DNA from: Alphaproteobacteria bacterium
GTDB taxonomy: Bacteria > Pseudomonadota > Alphaproteobacteria > Bin95
Direction: 5' to 3'
NCBI GenBank assembly: GCA_963665325.3
Contig: CAXXWS020000003.1
Location: 704,001 to 768,000, forward strand
Length of the DNA stretch: 64,000 nt
Position numbers and translations under genes: made by a program. Shown piece after piece: positions 30,321 to 39,869 of this stretch (position 1 is the stretch's first letter; each line of letters begins with the position of its first letter). The notes below the pieces were generated by a model. The model had not been told where the DNA came from. It searched no databases and worked only from the letters and a program-made list of their open reading frames with translations.

Positions 30321-30992
30321 TCAGTCCGTCTCCACCGGATCGCCCGTGCCCGCGCCCCGCTCGCGCGACTCGGCGCTTTCCGGCACATGGGTCAGGGCGG
30401 CCCGCCGGGCGAGGCGGGCGTAAACGTCACTGTCCACCGGGATGCTGCCGTCGAGGCGGGGCAGGTCGCGTGGCATGGCGCTGTCGTCGCTCTTTTCGAT
30501 TCGGACGGTCTCCGCGAAGGCCAGTCCCGCAAGCGCAAGACAGGCTTCGCTGACGGATTGCGGGCCGATTGCGATTGCCGGCGTCCGGGTCCCGGGCGAA
30601 ACGGTGAGCCGCGCGCCCGAGACCTCGGCGACGCCGGCCAGGAACGGCGCCGCCAGCAGAGGCCAGCGGACCCCGGTGAGAACGAGCGCGCCGCCGCCGG
30701 AGAACGGCAGCGGCCCACCCGCCCGGTCGGCCAGGGTCATGCCGGCGAGCAGCCCTTCCATCTCCCCGGATTCCGCGTGCCACACCGCGCCTTCGGGGAC
30801 CGGGAAGTCGCGCCGCCAGTCGGGCGCGGACAGGCGTTCAAGCGCGCCGTCGAGGGCAGACAGGCCGGCGAGGCCCCGCGCCTCCAGCCAGCGCGCCGCC
30901 CGCCCGGCCTCCTCGGCCACGCCCCAGGGCAGGCCGGCGCCGCGCGCCGCCCCGGTCGCCAGCGCCCGGATTTCGTTCAGCGAGCAGAGCAT
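30321..30992 (-). CDS. DUF3726 family protein
   Basis: SLNEI...AARGAGLPWGVAEEAGRAARWLE and C-terminal VPESAESRERGAG. Confidence 0.8.
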   Translation of the reverse strand: MLCSLNEIRALATGAARGAGLPWGVAEEAGRAARWLEARGLAGLSALDGALERLSAPDWRRDFPVPEGAVWHAESGEMEGLLAGMTLADRAGGPLPFSGGGALVLTGVRWPLLAAPFLAGVAEVSGARLTVSPGTRTPAIAIGPQSVSEACLALAGLAFAETVRIEKSDDSAMPRDLPRLDGSIPVDSDVYARLARRAALTHVPESAESRERGAGTGDPVETD

Positions 30993-31098
30993 CGGCTCAT
31001 ACCAGCGGTCGTTGACGGGAACCGATACCGAAGTCCGGGTTCGGCGACGGCAAGGCGGAGCCGGGGCATTCGCTGCTGCCCGGACGGAGCAACCCCCT

Positions 31099-31189
31099 TG
31101 TCACCCCGGACTTGATCCGGGGTCCAGCCTGTCGAGGCCCCTGCGGGCTGCGCCGGCAGTTCTGGGTCCCGGATCAAGTCCGGGACGAC
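31099..31189. repeat. Palindromic RPE/MITE-like element
   Basis: gtcaccccggacttgatccggggtccag ... ctgggtcccggatcaagtccgggacgac; nested inverted repeats. Confidence 0.85.
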
Positions 31190-31259
31190 GATTGGAGGGC
31201 CAGAACGACAATGCGGACCCTTGGTCGCGGCTATGAGTCTCAACTCAAAACCGCTGGTA

Positions 31260-33008
31260 TCAGCCATCGGGGCACGGGTAGATCCAGTCGTCGGGTGGCA
31301 TTGCATGCAGCTCGTCGGGATAGGGCGCGTGGCAGAACATGTTGATGCGCAGCCAGCGGTCCGACTTCGGATCGAAACGGGTCGCGCCGAAAAATGCCAG
31401 CTTGCAGCGCAGCAGGTCGAGCGGCAGCAGGTCGGCGCTGACCAGATTGTCGCGAATCTGGCCGTACGGTCCGAGTTCCGGGTCGCAGAGCCGGCGGACG
31501 GTGTGGCGGTGTTCCGGGTGGCGCAGCAGGAAATCGGCGAGGGTCTCGTCCTGCACGGCTCTTCTGAGGTCGGCGTGGCACGCGGCGATGTCCCGGCCGG
31601 TCGCCAGCGGCAGTTCCAGGTCTGCGCCCGGCTCCTCCCATCGTTCGCCCAGCCGCGGCTCCAGCTTGTTCGCCGAAACGTACCAGAAGCGCGCCTGGGC
31701 ATCCGGCCGGGCGTAGTCCGGCTTCAGCGCCCATCCGTGCCCCTCTTCGATGCAGCCGCGCAGGTCCCGGACGGTGCCGGAGATGCCGGCCGGCAGCATT
31801 TCCTTCTCTTCGATAGCCATGCGGTCGGCAAGGTCGTCGACAAGGTCGCCATGAGGTTCGATGAGCAGGGACACGGTGAGTTCCTGGCCCTCCAGTGACA
31901 GATGGTCTCCCGCCCAATCCCGGATTGCGGTCCAGGGCGAGGTAGTCTCCGGGCCGAGCCCGGCCGCAAAGGCGTTGAGCCGGTCGAGATCGCCCGCCAG
32001 CCGGGCGATTTTCCCCGCCTGCATCGGATCGGCGACCGCCCAGGCGGCGGTATCGGCCCTGGCGCGGGCGATCCACTGCCGGAAGTCGCGCCAGGTTTCT
32101 GCAGACGCCCGCTCCCGCGCGCAGACACGGGCGAGCGCCAGTTCGCGGCATTCGATCCAGCGGGCGAACAGGGCGGGATGGTTGACGATGAACGGGCCGA
32201 GGCCGAGGCCGGTCGAATTGCCGATGCCGAGACGGCGGCGGAGCGCCCGGTCGAGCGGCACGGCGCCAGCTCCGCCCCTGGCCTGCGCCATGTAATCGAC
32301 GAGATCGGCGACGAACTGCCGGATCATCCAGACCGTGAGCATCTCCATGCGGAACGGGCCGCCGAAACCGGCGCGGGCGGCATAGCGTTGGCGGTCCGCA
32401 ATGCCGAACTTGCCGTTTCCGTAAACCGCGGTCGTTCGCATGACATAGCCGGTGTTGTCGATGCGCTCCGCGGCCGGCTGCCGCCCCGCCGCCAGGCAAT
32501 CCACGACATGGTCGAACAGCCGGGCGCTCTTGTTGGTGCGGGAGAGGATCAGGTCGGTGTGGCGGTAGCGTCCGGCCTCCTGCTTTGGCACATTGGCGCG
32601 CAAGCGGTCGATCTCGCTGTCGTCTGGAATGCCGTCATACAGGACGTAGGTCGTGTCCCAGGCCTCGGCGATCACCCGGTCGGTCCGCATTGCCGGGTCG
32701 AGGTCGTGCGCGAAACAGACCAGCGAACAGGCCCGCTCCGGACCTCGCGCGGCATAGACTGCCGTGCCGGTGCCGTCGTCCCCGATCTCCCAGCGGTCGT
32801 AGCCGAAGCGGTATCCGCCGGCCGCAACATGGCGCAGCGTTGCTCTGAGGAAACTCAGGCGGGTCTGGTGAAATGCGCCGAGGCGGGCGAGGCGCATGAC
32901 CGTTTCCGGCGGCCGCAACCGGAGGTTGCGCTCCGCCTGGCCGTCTTCGACGGGACTGAGGTCTCCGGGGGCGTCCGGACCGGGCCGGCGTCTCGGGAAA
33001 TTGGACAT
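31260..33008 (-). CDS. Conserved hypothetical protein (582 aa) upstream of the DUF3726 gene
   Basis: Long ORF with host-like codon usage; motifs RTDRVIAEAWD, YVMRTTAVYGNGKFG, GIGNSTGLG, FWYVSANKLEPR, FDPKSDRW. Confidence 0.85.
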   Translation of the reverse strand: MSNFPRRRPGPDAPGDLSPVEDGQAERNLRLRPPETVMRLARLGAFHQTRLSFLRATLRHVAAGGYRFGYDRWEIGDDGTGTAVYAARGPERACSLVCFAHDLDPAMRTDRVIAEAWDTTYVLYDGIPDDSEIDRLRANVPKQEAGRYRHTDLILSRTNKSARLFDHVVDCLAAGRQPAAERIDNTGYVMRTTAVYGNGKFGIADRQRYAARAGFGGPFRMEMLTVWMIRQFVADLVDYMAQARGGAGAVPLDRALRRRLGIGNSTGLGLGPFIVNHPALFARWIECRELALARVCARERASAETWRDFRQWIARARADTAAWAVADPMQAGKIARLAGDLDRLNAFAAGLGPETTSPWTAIRDWAGDHLSLEGQELTVSLLIEPHGDLVDDLADRMAIEEKEMLPAGISGTVRDLRGCIEEGHGWALKPDYARPDAQARFWYVSANKLEPRLGERWEEPGADLELPLATGRDIAACHADLRRAVQDETLADFLLRHPEHRHTVRRLCDPELGPYGQIRDNLVSADLLPLDLLRCKLAFFGATRFDPKSDRWLRINMFCHAPYPDELHAMPPDDWIYPCPDG

Positions 33009-33212
33009 GCTTTACACCCTCGGGCAGCCGCGCATTCCCGCCTTCCCACACGCCCGCTGCGCATCCGCCGGAAGGTCGAAACGGGCCGATCCTGACACAG
33101 GTCGGGGCCGATGCCGATACGGTCCGCGCCGGCCGGGCAGCCCACGCGGCCGGGCGTCGGGGGCCGGGTCGCTTCTGACGGGAACGAGGTCTCCGGGCCG
33201 AAGATTTTGGTT

Positions 33213-33700
33213 TGTTCAAGAAAATGGAAAAATTCCTGTAAGAGACTTAACCCCGGGAGGTTCCATACCAATATGAATCGGGCGGAAGGGACCGGCATTC
33301 GCGGGGCCGCATCGCCTTCCGTTTCGCGCCGGCGCGAAAAAACATCACGGGGAAACAGAGGGGAGACGTGCGCCCTGCGCCTGCCTCGTGCGCGCGCGCA
33401 ATCAGGCGCGCGAACCGCGCCGGCGCTAACGGGCGCCCGCGCCCGATACGCGCGGAAAAGGGTCCCGCCGGACCGGGAAACCGTGCGGCGGAGAGAATTG
33501 AGCGGAGACGGATCGAGAGGAGAGAGCGGTGCCGAACACGGGAAGCCGGGCAACCCGGACCATGACAAAACATGACATCTCATGATACCCGCGGCTCCCC
33601 CGGCGGCCGGAATGAAACGGAAGCGGCAGGGAGGATCGATGCAGGCAATACAAAACGGGGAAATTGACGGAACATGACAAAACATGACATTTCATGACAC
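33213..33700 (+). repeat. Dispersed non-coding element, copy B (CATGAC-phased family)
   Basis: Reverse-complement homology to 42258-42829 in ordered blocks, including an identical 36-mer (33396-33431). Confidence 0.85.
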
Positions 33701-33823
33701 GTCGCTGGAGTGGGCCCCTAAGGTCGGGCAAGGCTTCCGGCGCCCGTCCGTGCATTCCGTTGGCGGGGCCCCTGTGGCAGAGTGGGCGCCGCGCGAACGA
33801 CAGCGGCAGGGAGGGTCGGGACG

Positions 33824-34186
33824 ATGTTCAACAAGGGGCATCTGGAGTTCCACAGCGTCGATCTGGACTCTGGCTGGGAGGTCCCGGAGGGCTATCCGGC
33901 CGGCATCGAGCAGAAGATACTGGCCGGCGGGCTCGACGAGCCCGCCGGCCAGGGCAACCGCTCGCGCCTGCTGCGCTTCGCGCCGGGCGCCTTCACCACA
34001 GAGCCCTTCGTCCACGACTACTGGGAGGAGGTCTATCTGCTCTCGGGCGACCTTGCCGTCGGCGTCGGGAAGGATGCGGAGACATTCGCGCCCAACACCT
34101 ATGCCTGCCGACCGCCCGGCGCCTATCACGGCCCGTTCCGCTCCGATGGCGGGTGCATGCTGCTCGAAATCCACTATTACGCCTGA
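33824..34186 (+). CDS. Cupin domain protein (ChrR-like)
   Basis: FVHDYWEEVYLLSGDL, YACRPPGAYHGPF. Confidence 0.85.
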   Translation: MFNKGHLEFHSVDLDSGWEVPEGYPAGIEQKILAGGLDEPAGQGNRSRLLRFAPGAFTTEPFVHDYWEEVYLLSGDLAVGVGKDAETFAPNTYACRPPGAYHGPFRSDGGCMLLEIHYYA

Positions 34187-34415
34187 AGCCGGAACCGCAA
34201 ATTACCCGCATCCGCGCCCTATTTGCGCCCCAATTGGCAGCCATTGTCCCGGCCGGTGGCGGGGCTTCCCCGGTCCCGGCGCCGCATATGTCGCCATATT
34301 CTCCTCCCTGTGCCTTGCGGCCGGCATGGACCCTGTCCATGCCGGCCTTTTCCTTGCGCTGCGCGAGCGTACAGCCTTGCATCGGCGTGCGGGGACGGCG
34401 AGGCTTGGCAGGGAC

Positions 34416-35921
34416 ATGATTGCGCTTACCGGCTTCATCGACTTCCACGCCCGGCGGACGCCGGACCGAGAGGCGCTCGTATTCGAGGATCTGCGCCTCG
34501 GCTACGGCGCGCTCCGGGACAACATGACCGCGATGGCCGGCAGGCTGGCGGCCTTCGGCCTGGGCCCCGGCGATGTCGTTGCCGCCTGCCTCAGGAACAG
34601 CCCCGCCTTCTACGACCTCGCCTTCGCGGCGAGCCATATCGGCGCAATCTTCCTGCCGCTCAACTACCGCCTCGCGGCCGACGAAATCGCCTGGATACTC
34701 GACCATGCGCGCGCGCGGCACCTGTTCGCCGACGCCGATCTGGACGCCGCCACCGTCGCGGCGGAGGCGGCGGGCGCCCCCTTCACCGCGCTCGACGCGG
34801 AGACCGCGCGCGACAGCCGGCGGTTGAGCGCCGGGGCGGAGGCGGCGCCCATGGCCGAAGCCACGCCGGACGATGTTTTCCGCCTCATGTACACCTCCGG
34901 CACCACCGACCGGCCGAAGGGCGTACAGCACAGCTACGCGAACTTCTACTGGAAATGCATGGACCAGACGGCGGCGCTCGGCGGCATGCCCGACGACCGG
35001 TTGCTGGTGGTCGGGCCGCTCTACCATGTCGGCGGCTTCGACCTGCCGGGCGTGGATGTCTGGCGCAGGGGCGGCTGCATCGTGCTGCACCGCGAGGCCC
35101 GGCCGCGCGCCATTCTGGAGGCGATTGAGGCCGAGCGCGTCACCGGCGCCTGGCTCGCCCCCACGGTCTCCAATGGCGTGCTGGCCGAGCCGGACCTCGG
35201 GCGTTTCGACACCAGCGCGTTGCAATGGATCATCGGCGGCGGCGAGCGCACGCCGGAGACGCGCATCCGTGAGTTTGCCGCCGCCTTTCCGGGCGCCCGC
35301 TATATCGATGCCTACGGACTGACGGAGAGCGTTGGCGGCGACACGCTGATGGAGGCGGGGCGGGAGCTGGAGAAGATCGGCTCAGTCGGTCGCGCCATTG
35401 CCCATGTCGAAGTCACGGTGCGCGACGGGGTCGGACGCGCGCTCGCGCCGGGCGACGAGGGCGAAATCTGCCTGAGAGGTCCGAAGATCACGCACGGCTA
35501 CTGGCGCGACCCGGAGCGCACGGCCGAGGCCTTTTTCGGCGACCGGCTCAGAACCGGCGATGTCGGCTATCTGGACGAGGAGGGCTTTCTCTACCTGACC
35601 GACCGGCGCAAGGACATGATCCTTTCCGGCGGCGAGAACATCGCCTCATCGGAGATCGAGCGGGTGCTCTATGAGCACGATGCCGTGCATGAGGCTGCGG
35701 CCATCGGCCTGCCGGACGCGCGCTGGGGCGAGCGCCCGGTCGCGGTCGTCGCGCTCCGGCCCGGCGCCGGGCTGACGCTGGAAGAGTTGCAGCACCATTG
35801 CCGCGAGAGCCTCGCCGGCTTCAAGGTGCCCAAGGAACTCCACCTCCGGCCCGCGCTTCCCCGCAACCCCTCCGGCAAGGTCCTGAAACGCCTCTTGCGC
35901 GAGGAGCTGGGGCGCGGTTAG
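34416..35921 (+). CDS. Acyl-CoA synthetase (AMP-binding family)
   Basis: YTSGTTDRPKG, AYGLTE, RTGDVG, SGGENI, PRNPSGK. Confidence 0.92.
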   Translation: MIALTGFIDFHARRTPDREALVFEDLRLGYGALRDNMTAMAGRLAAFGLGPGDVVAACLRNSPAFYDLAFAASHIGAIFLPLNYRLAADEIAWILDHARARHLFADADLDAATVAAEAAGAPFTALDAETARDSRRLSAGAEAAPMAEATPDDVFRLMYTSGTTDRPKGVQHSYANFYWKCMDQTAALGGMPDDRLLVVGPLYHVGGFDLPGVDVWRRGGCIVLHREARPRAILEAIEAERVTGAWLAPTVSNGVLAEPDLGRFDTSALQWIIGGGERTPETRIREFAAAFPGARYIDAYGLTESVGGDTLMEAGRELEKIGSVGRAIAHVEVTVRDGVGRALAPGDEGEICLRGPKITHGYWRDPERTAEAFFGDRLRTGDVGYLDEEGFLYLTDRRKDMILSGGENIASSEIERVLYEHDAVHEAAAIGLPDARWGERPVAVVALRPGAGLTLEELQHHCRESLAGFKVPKELHLRPALPRNPSGKVLKRLLREELGRG

Positions 35922-35950
35922 GGTAGAACACAGATGTAGCTTTCTACCCT
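35920..35950. promoter_or_regulatory. Inverted repeat upstream of vapBC (likely autoregulatory operator)
   Basis: AGGGTAGAA-N13-TTCTACCCT. Confidence 0.55.
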
Positions 35951-35961
35951 GGGCAATTGCG

Positions 35962-36219
35962 ATGAGCCTGAATATCAAGAACGAGGAAACCTGCCGGCTC
36001 GCCGCCGAGCTGGCCGGCCTCACCGGCGAGACCAAGACCGGCGCGATAACCGCAGCGCTGCGGGAGCGGCTGGAGCGGGAAAGGCGCCGCCTCGATGCAA
36101 AGGCCCGGGCTGACAAGATGGTTGCCATCGGTCGGCGCTTTGCGGCGCGGATGGGTCCGGGCCCGTCTGCCGTGGAACATGGGGACTTCCTTTACGACGA
36201 GCACGGACTGCCGCGGTGA
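35962..36219 (+). CDS. vapB: VapB antitoxin (Rv0623-like)
   Basis: MSLNIKNEE...LAAELAGLTGETKTGAI...LYDEHGLPR. Confidence 0.9.
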   Translation: MSLNIKNEETCRLAAELAGLTGETKTGAITAALRERLERERRRLDAKARADKMVAIGRRFAARMGPGPSAVEHGDFLYDEHGLPR

Positions 36220-36602
36220 TCGTCGACAGCTCCGCCATTCTGGCCATTCTTTTCCACGAGGCGGACGCTCGACACTATGCGGATGCGATAGCGGCAGCGA
36301 GTCCGTGCCGCATGTCGGTCGCTACTATCCTGGAGACCTGCATGGTTGCGGAAAGCCGCGGCGGGGCAGTCGCGGCCGACAATCTCGACGCCCTTCTGGA
36401 AAGCGCCGGAATCGAGCCCGTGCCGGTGACGGTGGAGCAGATGAAGGCCGCCCGGCAGGCCTGGCAGCGCTTCGGCAGGGGCAACCATCGGGCCGCGCTG
36501 AATTTCGGCGATTGCTTCGCCTATGCGCTTGCCAGCGTCACGGGCGAGCCATTGCTGTTCAAGGGTGAGGACTTCCCGCAGACCGACATAGCGGCCGCGT
36601 AG
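36216..36602 (+). CDS. vapC: VapC PIN-domain toxin
   Basis: MIVDSSAILAI, LNFGDCFAYALA, LLFKGEDF; GTGA overlap with vapB. Confidence 0.93.
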   Translation: MIVDSSAILAILFHEADARHYADAIAAASPCRMSVATILETCMVAESRGGAVAADNLDALLESAGIEPVPVTVEQMKAARQAWQRFGRGNHRAALNFGDCFAYALASVTGEPLLFKGEDFPQTDIAAA

Positions 36603-36604
36603 GC

Positions 36605-37315
36605 TTACCAGGTTTCGCCGAAGGGGCGGAGCTCGACGGTGAAGGACCATGCGGAGCGGTCCTGGTGGGCGACGCGGAACATCTCTTCGGCTATCGCCAC
36701 CGGCTTGGCGAAATACTCGTCGGGCGCGTCGGGCGCGATGAAGGGGCGGGTGCGCGGCGTGTCGATGGCGGCATCGACGATGAAATAGGCAACATGGATG
36801 CCCTGCGGCCCGAACTCGCGCGCAATGGACTCCGCGAGGATGCGCTGCGCCGCCTTGGTCGAGGCGAAGAAGCCCCAATGCGCCTTGCCGCGCGTGGCCG
36901 AGGTGTTGCCCGTGATCAGCAATGCGCCGCCGCCTGCCTCCAGCATGCCCGGAAGCGTCTCGCGGGCGAGGTGCAGGAGCGCCGTCGCGTTCACGCGGAA
37001 ATTGCGTTCGAGGTCCTCCGGATCCTGCTCCAGGAAGGGCCCCCGCGTGCTCCTGAGCGCGTTGTGCACGACGACCGTCGGCGGGCCGAGCCGCTCGCGC
37101 ACGGCCGCCACGGTCGCGTTGAGCGCATCGAGGTCGCCCACATCGCAGGGGAAAGCGGTGGCGTTCTCGATATCGGCCTCCAGCGCGGCCAGCCGCTCCG
37201 CGTCGCGTGCGAGCATGGCGGTCAGGTAGCCGCCCTCGGCGAAGCGCCGGGCGATTTCGGCGCCCGTGCCCCCGTCTGGGCCGACGCCGGTGACGAGCGC
37301 GACCAGCTGGCTCAT
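36605..37315 (-). CDS. Short-chain dehydrogenase/reductase
   Basis: VTGVGPDGGTG, TGNTSATRG, FASTKAAQR; start at MSQLVAL. Confidence 0.88.
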   Translation of the reverse strand: MSQLVALVTGVGPDGGTGAEIARRFAEGGYLTAMLARDAERLAALEADIENATAFPCDVGDLDALNATVAAVRERLGPPTVVVHNALRSTRGPFLEQDPEDLERNFRVNATALLHLARETLPGMLEAGGGALLITGNTSATRGKAHWGFFASTKAAQRILAESIAREFGPQGIHVAYFIVDAAIDTPRTRPFIAPDAPDEYFAKPVAIAEEMFRVAHQDRSAWSFTVELRPFGETW

Positions 37316-38151
37316 GCGCGTTTCCTCTCGGGGGTTTCGGTTTCGAGCACATAGCCGTCGAGGTCGGCGGCGAAGGCGGGCAGGCGGCGCAGGCGGTCGA
37401 AATGGGCGTGCGCGTGGGGGTGGTCGCCGGGCCGGTAAATGGGCTCGAGGCCGCAGTCCGCCAGCCGGTCGGCCATGCGCTCCTCGCGGCGGAATTGCGC
37501 GAAGTCGCAGACGAAGGCGATATCGGCGATGGAGAACGGGCCCGCCAGCCCCTCGCCGCCGAGCCTCGCGGCATTGTCGATGCCGTCCATGTAGAAGGCG
37601 TAGGCCTCGCGCATCCGGTCCGACAGTTCCCGCGAAGCCTTGCGGGGCACGAGCGCCAACAGATAGGCCTGCGCCTCGCGCGCGAAGATGAGCCCCGCAT
37701 CCAGGAAGCTGTCGATCCGCGCGGCCTCGTAAGGCCCGTCGCCGTAAAGCCCGCCGGCCGCCGCGCCCAACGCGGCAAGTTCTTCCGTCTGGCGGCGTTC
37801 GAGCGCCGCCGCGCGGGCGACCGCGCGCAGGATGCTGTTCGATTCGAACACGCCCGTCGCGCCCGCCGGGTCGAACGCCGCCGGCACGGTGCCGAACGGA
37901 TGGGCGGCGAGGAAGGCGTCCGTCTTGTAGAGCATGGCGTCGAAGCCGCGCTTGCTCGCCCGCGCATGGGGGTTGTTCGGTGTCTTCTCGGCCTCTTCGA
38001 GCGGACGCGCATCGAAGTCCCAGAGCCAGCCCGGCAGCGCCTTCGGCCGGTCGCCCACGACCTCGACCTCGACGCCGAGCAGCCTTGCGGCGATCGTCGC
38101 CTTCCAGACGCGCGGATTGGGCAGGTACGAGAAAATCCTGAGCACCGCCAT
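37312..38151 (-). CDS. Glutathione S-transferase family protein
   Basis: PFGTVP, FESNSILR, FSIADI. Confidence 0.85.
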   Translation of the reverse strand: MAVLRIFSYLPNPRVWKATIAARLLGVEVEVVGDRPKALPGWLWDFDARPLEEAEKTPNNPHARASKRGFDAMLYKTDAFLAAHPFGTVPAAFDPAGATGVFESNSILRAVARAAALERRQTEELAALGAAAGGLYGDGPYEAARIDSFLDAGLIFAREAQAYLLALVPRKASRELSDRMREAYAFYMDGIDNAARLGGEGLAGPFSIADIAFVCDFAQFRREERMADRLADCGLEPIYRPGDHPHAHAHFDRLRRLPAFAADLDGYVLETETPERKRA

Positions 38152-38286
38152 GGCAGACGTCCCTTCTCGCCTCGGTTTTCGGAGCCGCCCGCACTCTGCC
38201 ATGAAAGCCGCCGGCCCTGCCAGCCGCTTGGCCGGTCCCGGCCTCAGCGCTACTCTCGCGGCAGGCAGGAAGGGGAGGCTTCTTCC

Positions 38287-39192
38287 ATGCGCACGACCCG
38301 GCGGGCGGTTCTGGCCGGCGCTGGCGCGGCGCTTGCGGCGCCTGCGTTTGGCGCCGTGGCTGGCGAAGTGGTCGTCAAGCGGATTCCGGCGACCGGGGAG
38401 CAGGTGTCGGCGGTCGGGCTCGGAAGCTGGATCACCTTCAATGTCGGCACCGACCCGGTGCTGCGCGCCGAATGCCGCGCCGTGATGGCGGCGTTCTTCG
38501 AGGCGGGCGGGGGCATGATCGATTCCTCGCCCATGTACGGCTCCTCGCAAGAGGTGATCGGCGACGCGCTCGCCAAACTCGGCCGCCCGGCGGGCCTCTT
38601 TTCCGCCGACAAGGTCTGGACCCGCGCCACCGACGGTCCGGCGCAGATTGCGGAAACGGCGCGGCGCTGGAACGTCGAGCGCTTCGACCTGTTCCAGGTC
38701 CACAACCTGATCGACTGGGAGCGGAACCTCGACACGCTCGCCGCGATGAAGGAAGCCGGCGCGCTGCGCTATACCGGCGTCACCACATCGCACGGCCGCC
38801 GGCATGCCGAGCTGGAAGAGGTCATGCGGCGCCGTCCGCCCGATTTCGTCCAGCTCACCTACAACATCGTGGACCGCGAGGCGGAACGCCGCCTGCTGCC
38901 GCTCGCGCTGGAGCGCGGCATCGCGGTCATATGCAACCGGCCGTTCCAGCGCGGGCGGCTGCCGAACCGGCTCGCAGGCCGCCCGCTGCCCGGCTGGGCC
39001 AGGGAGATCGGCGTCTCCACCTGGCCGCAATTCCTGCTGAAATTCATCGTCTCCCATCCGGCGGTCACCGCCGCGATTCCCGCCACCCGGCAGGTGGACC
39101 ATCTGCGCGAGAACAAGTCCGCGGCCTTCGGCCCCATGCCGGATGCGGCCATGCGCCGGCGTATGGCAGAGCATGTGCTTGAGGCCGGATAG
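38287..39192 (+). CDS. Aldo/keto reductase with Tat-like signal
   Basis: MRTTRRAVLAG, GLGSW, IDSSPMYG, QVHNL, AAIPAT. Confidence 0.88.
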   Translation: MRTTRRAVLAGAGAALAAPAFGAVAGEVVVKRIPATGEQVSAVGLGSWITFNVGTDPVLRAECRAVMAAFFEAGGGMIDSSPMYGSSQEVIGDALAKLGRPAGLFSADKVWTRATDGPAQIAETARRWNVERFDLFQVHNLIDWERNLDTLAAMKEAGALRYTGVTTSHGRRHAELEEVMRRRPPDFVQLTYNIVDREAERRLLPLALERGIAVICNRPFQRGRLPNRLAGRPLPGWAREIGVSTWPQFLLKFIVSHPAVTAAIPATRQVDHLRENKSAAFGPMPDAAMRRRMAEHVLEAG

Positions 39193-39201
39193 CGGCCTGC
39201 G

Positions 39202-39852
39202 ATGGACGGGCTCCGATCGCTCGAAGACCTGCTGTTGTTCGAGCCGCGCGTCTATTGGCGGCTCTTCGCGCTGGAGAACGAGGCACTCTGGCCCGCCCAG
39301 CCGGTGCTGCTCGCGGCGGGCGGGCTGCTCGTCCTCTGCCTTCTCTCGGGGCGGCGACCATCCGGTCGTTGGCTCGGCCCGGCGCTCGGCGCAGCCTGGC
39401 TCTGGACCGGCTGGCAGTTCGTGGCGCTACGCTACGGCGCGGTCAACTGGGCCGCGCCGGCGTTCGCCTGGGGCTTCTACGCCGAAGCCATGCTTGTCGC
39501 CGCACTCGGCCTCTCGGGCCGACTCGTCCCGGATCGGCGGCGGCGCACCTGGCCCGGTATCGGCCTGCTGGCTGCGGCGCTGTTCGCCTGGCCGTTTCTG
39601 GCGCCGCTCGACGGACGGCCCTGGGGCCAGGCGGAGGTCTTTGCGATTGCGCCCGACCCGACCGCCATCGCCACGCTCGGCCTGCTGGCGCTTGCCGTTC
39701 GCAGCCGGTGGACGGCGCTGCTGTGTATCGCGCCGGCGCTCTGGCTCGCGGCGTCGGCGCTGACGCTGTTCACCATGGGCGCCTGGCAGGGATGGGCAGT
39801 GCTCGCAGCGCTCATCGCCGGCCTCGCCGCGCGAATCCTCCCGTTGCGTTGA
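39202..39852 (+). CDS. Membrane protein (DUF6064-like)
   Basis: LEDLLLFEPRVYWRLF, APDPTAIATLG, multiple TM segments. Confidence 0.7.
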   Translation: MDGLRSLEDLLLFEPRVYWRLFALENEALWPAQPVLLAAGGLLVLCLLSGRRPSGRWLGPALGAAWLWTGWQFVALRYGAVNWAAPAFAWGFYAEAMLVAALGLSGRLVPDRRRRTWPGIGLLAAALFAWPFLAPLDGRPWGQAEVFAIAPDPTAIATLGLLALAVRSRWTALLCIAPALWLAASALTLFTMGAWQGWAVLAALIAGLAARILPLR

Positions 39853-39869
39853 GACCCGCTGCAACCGCC

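Noticed and set aside
32855-33755. ORFs across the CATGAC elements (also 42261-42794 and 42360-43283) as real proteins
   Set aside because: Starts, stops and lengths are not conserved between the two copies and no domain is recognisable; conservation appears to be at the nucleotide-block level.
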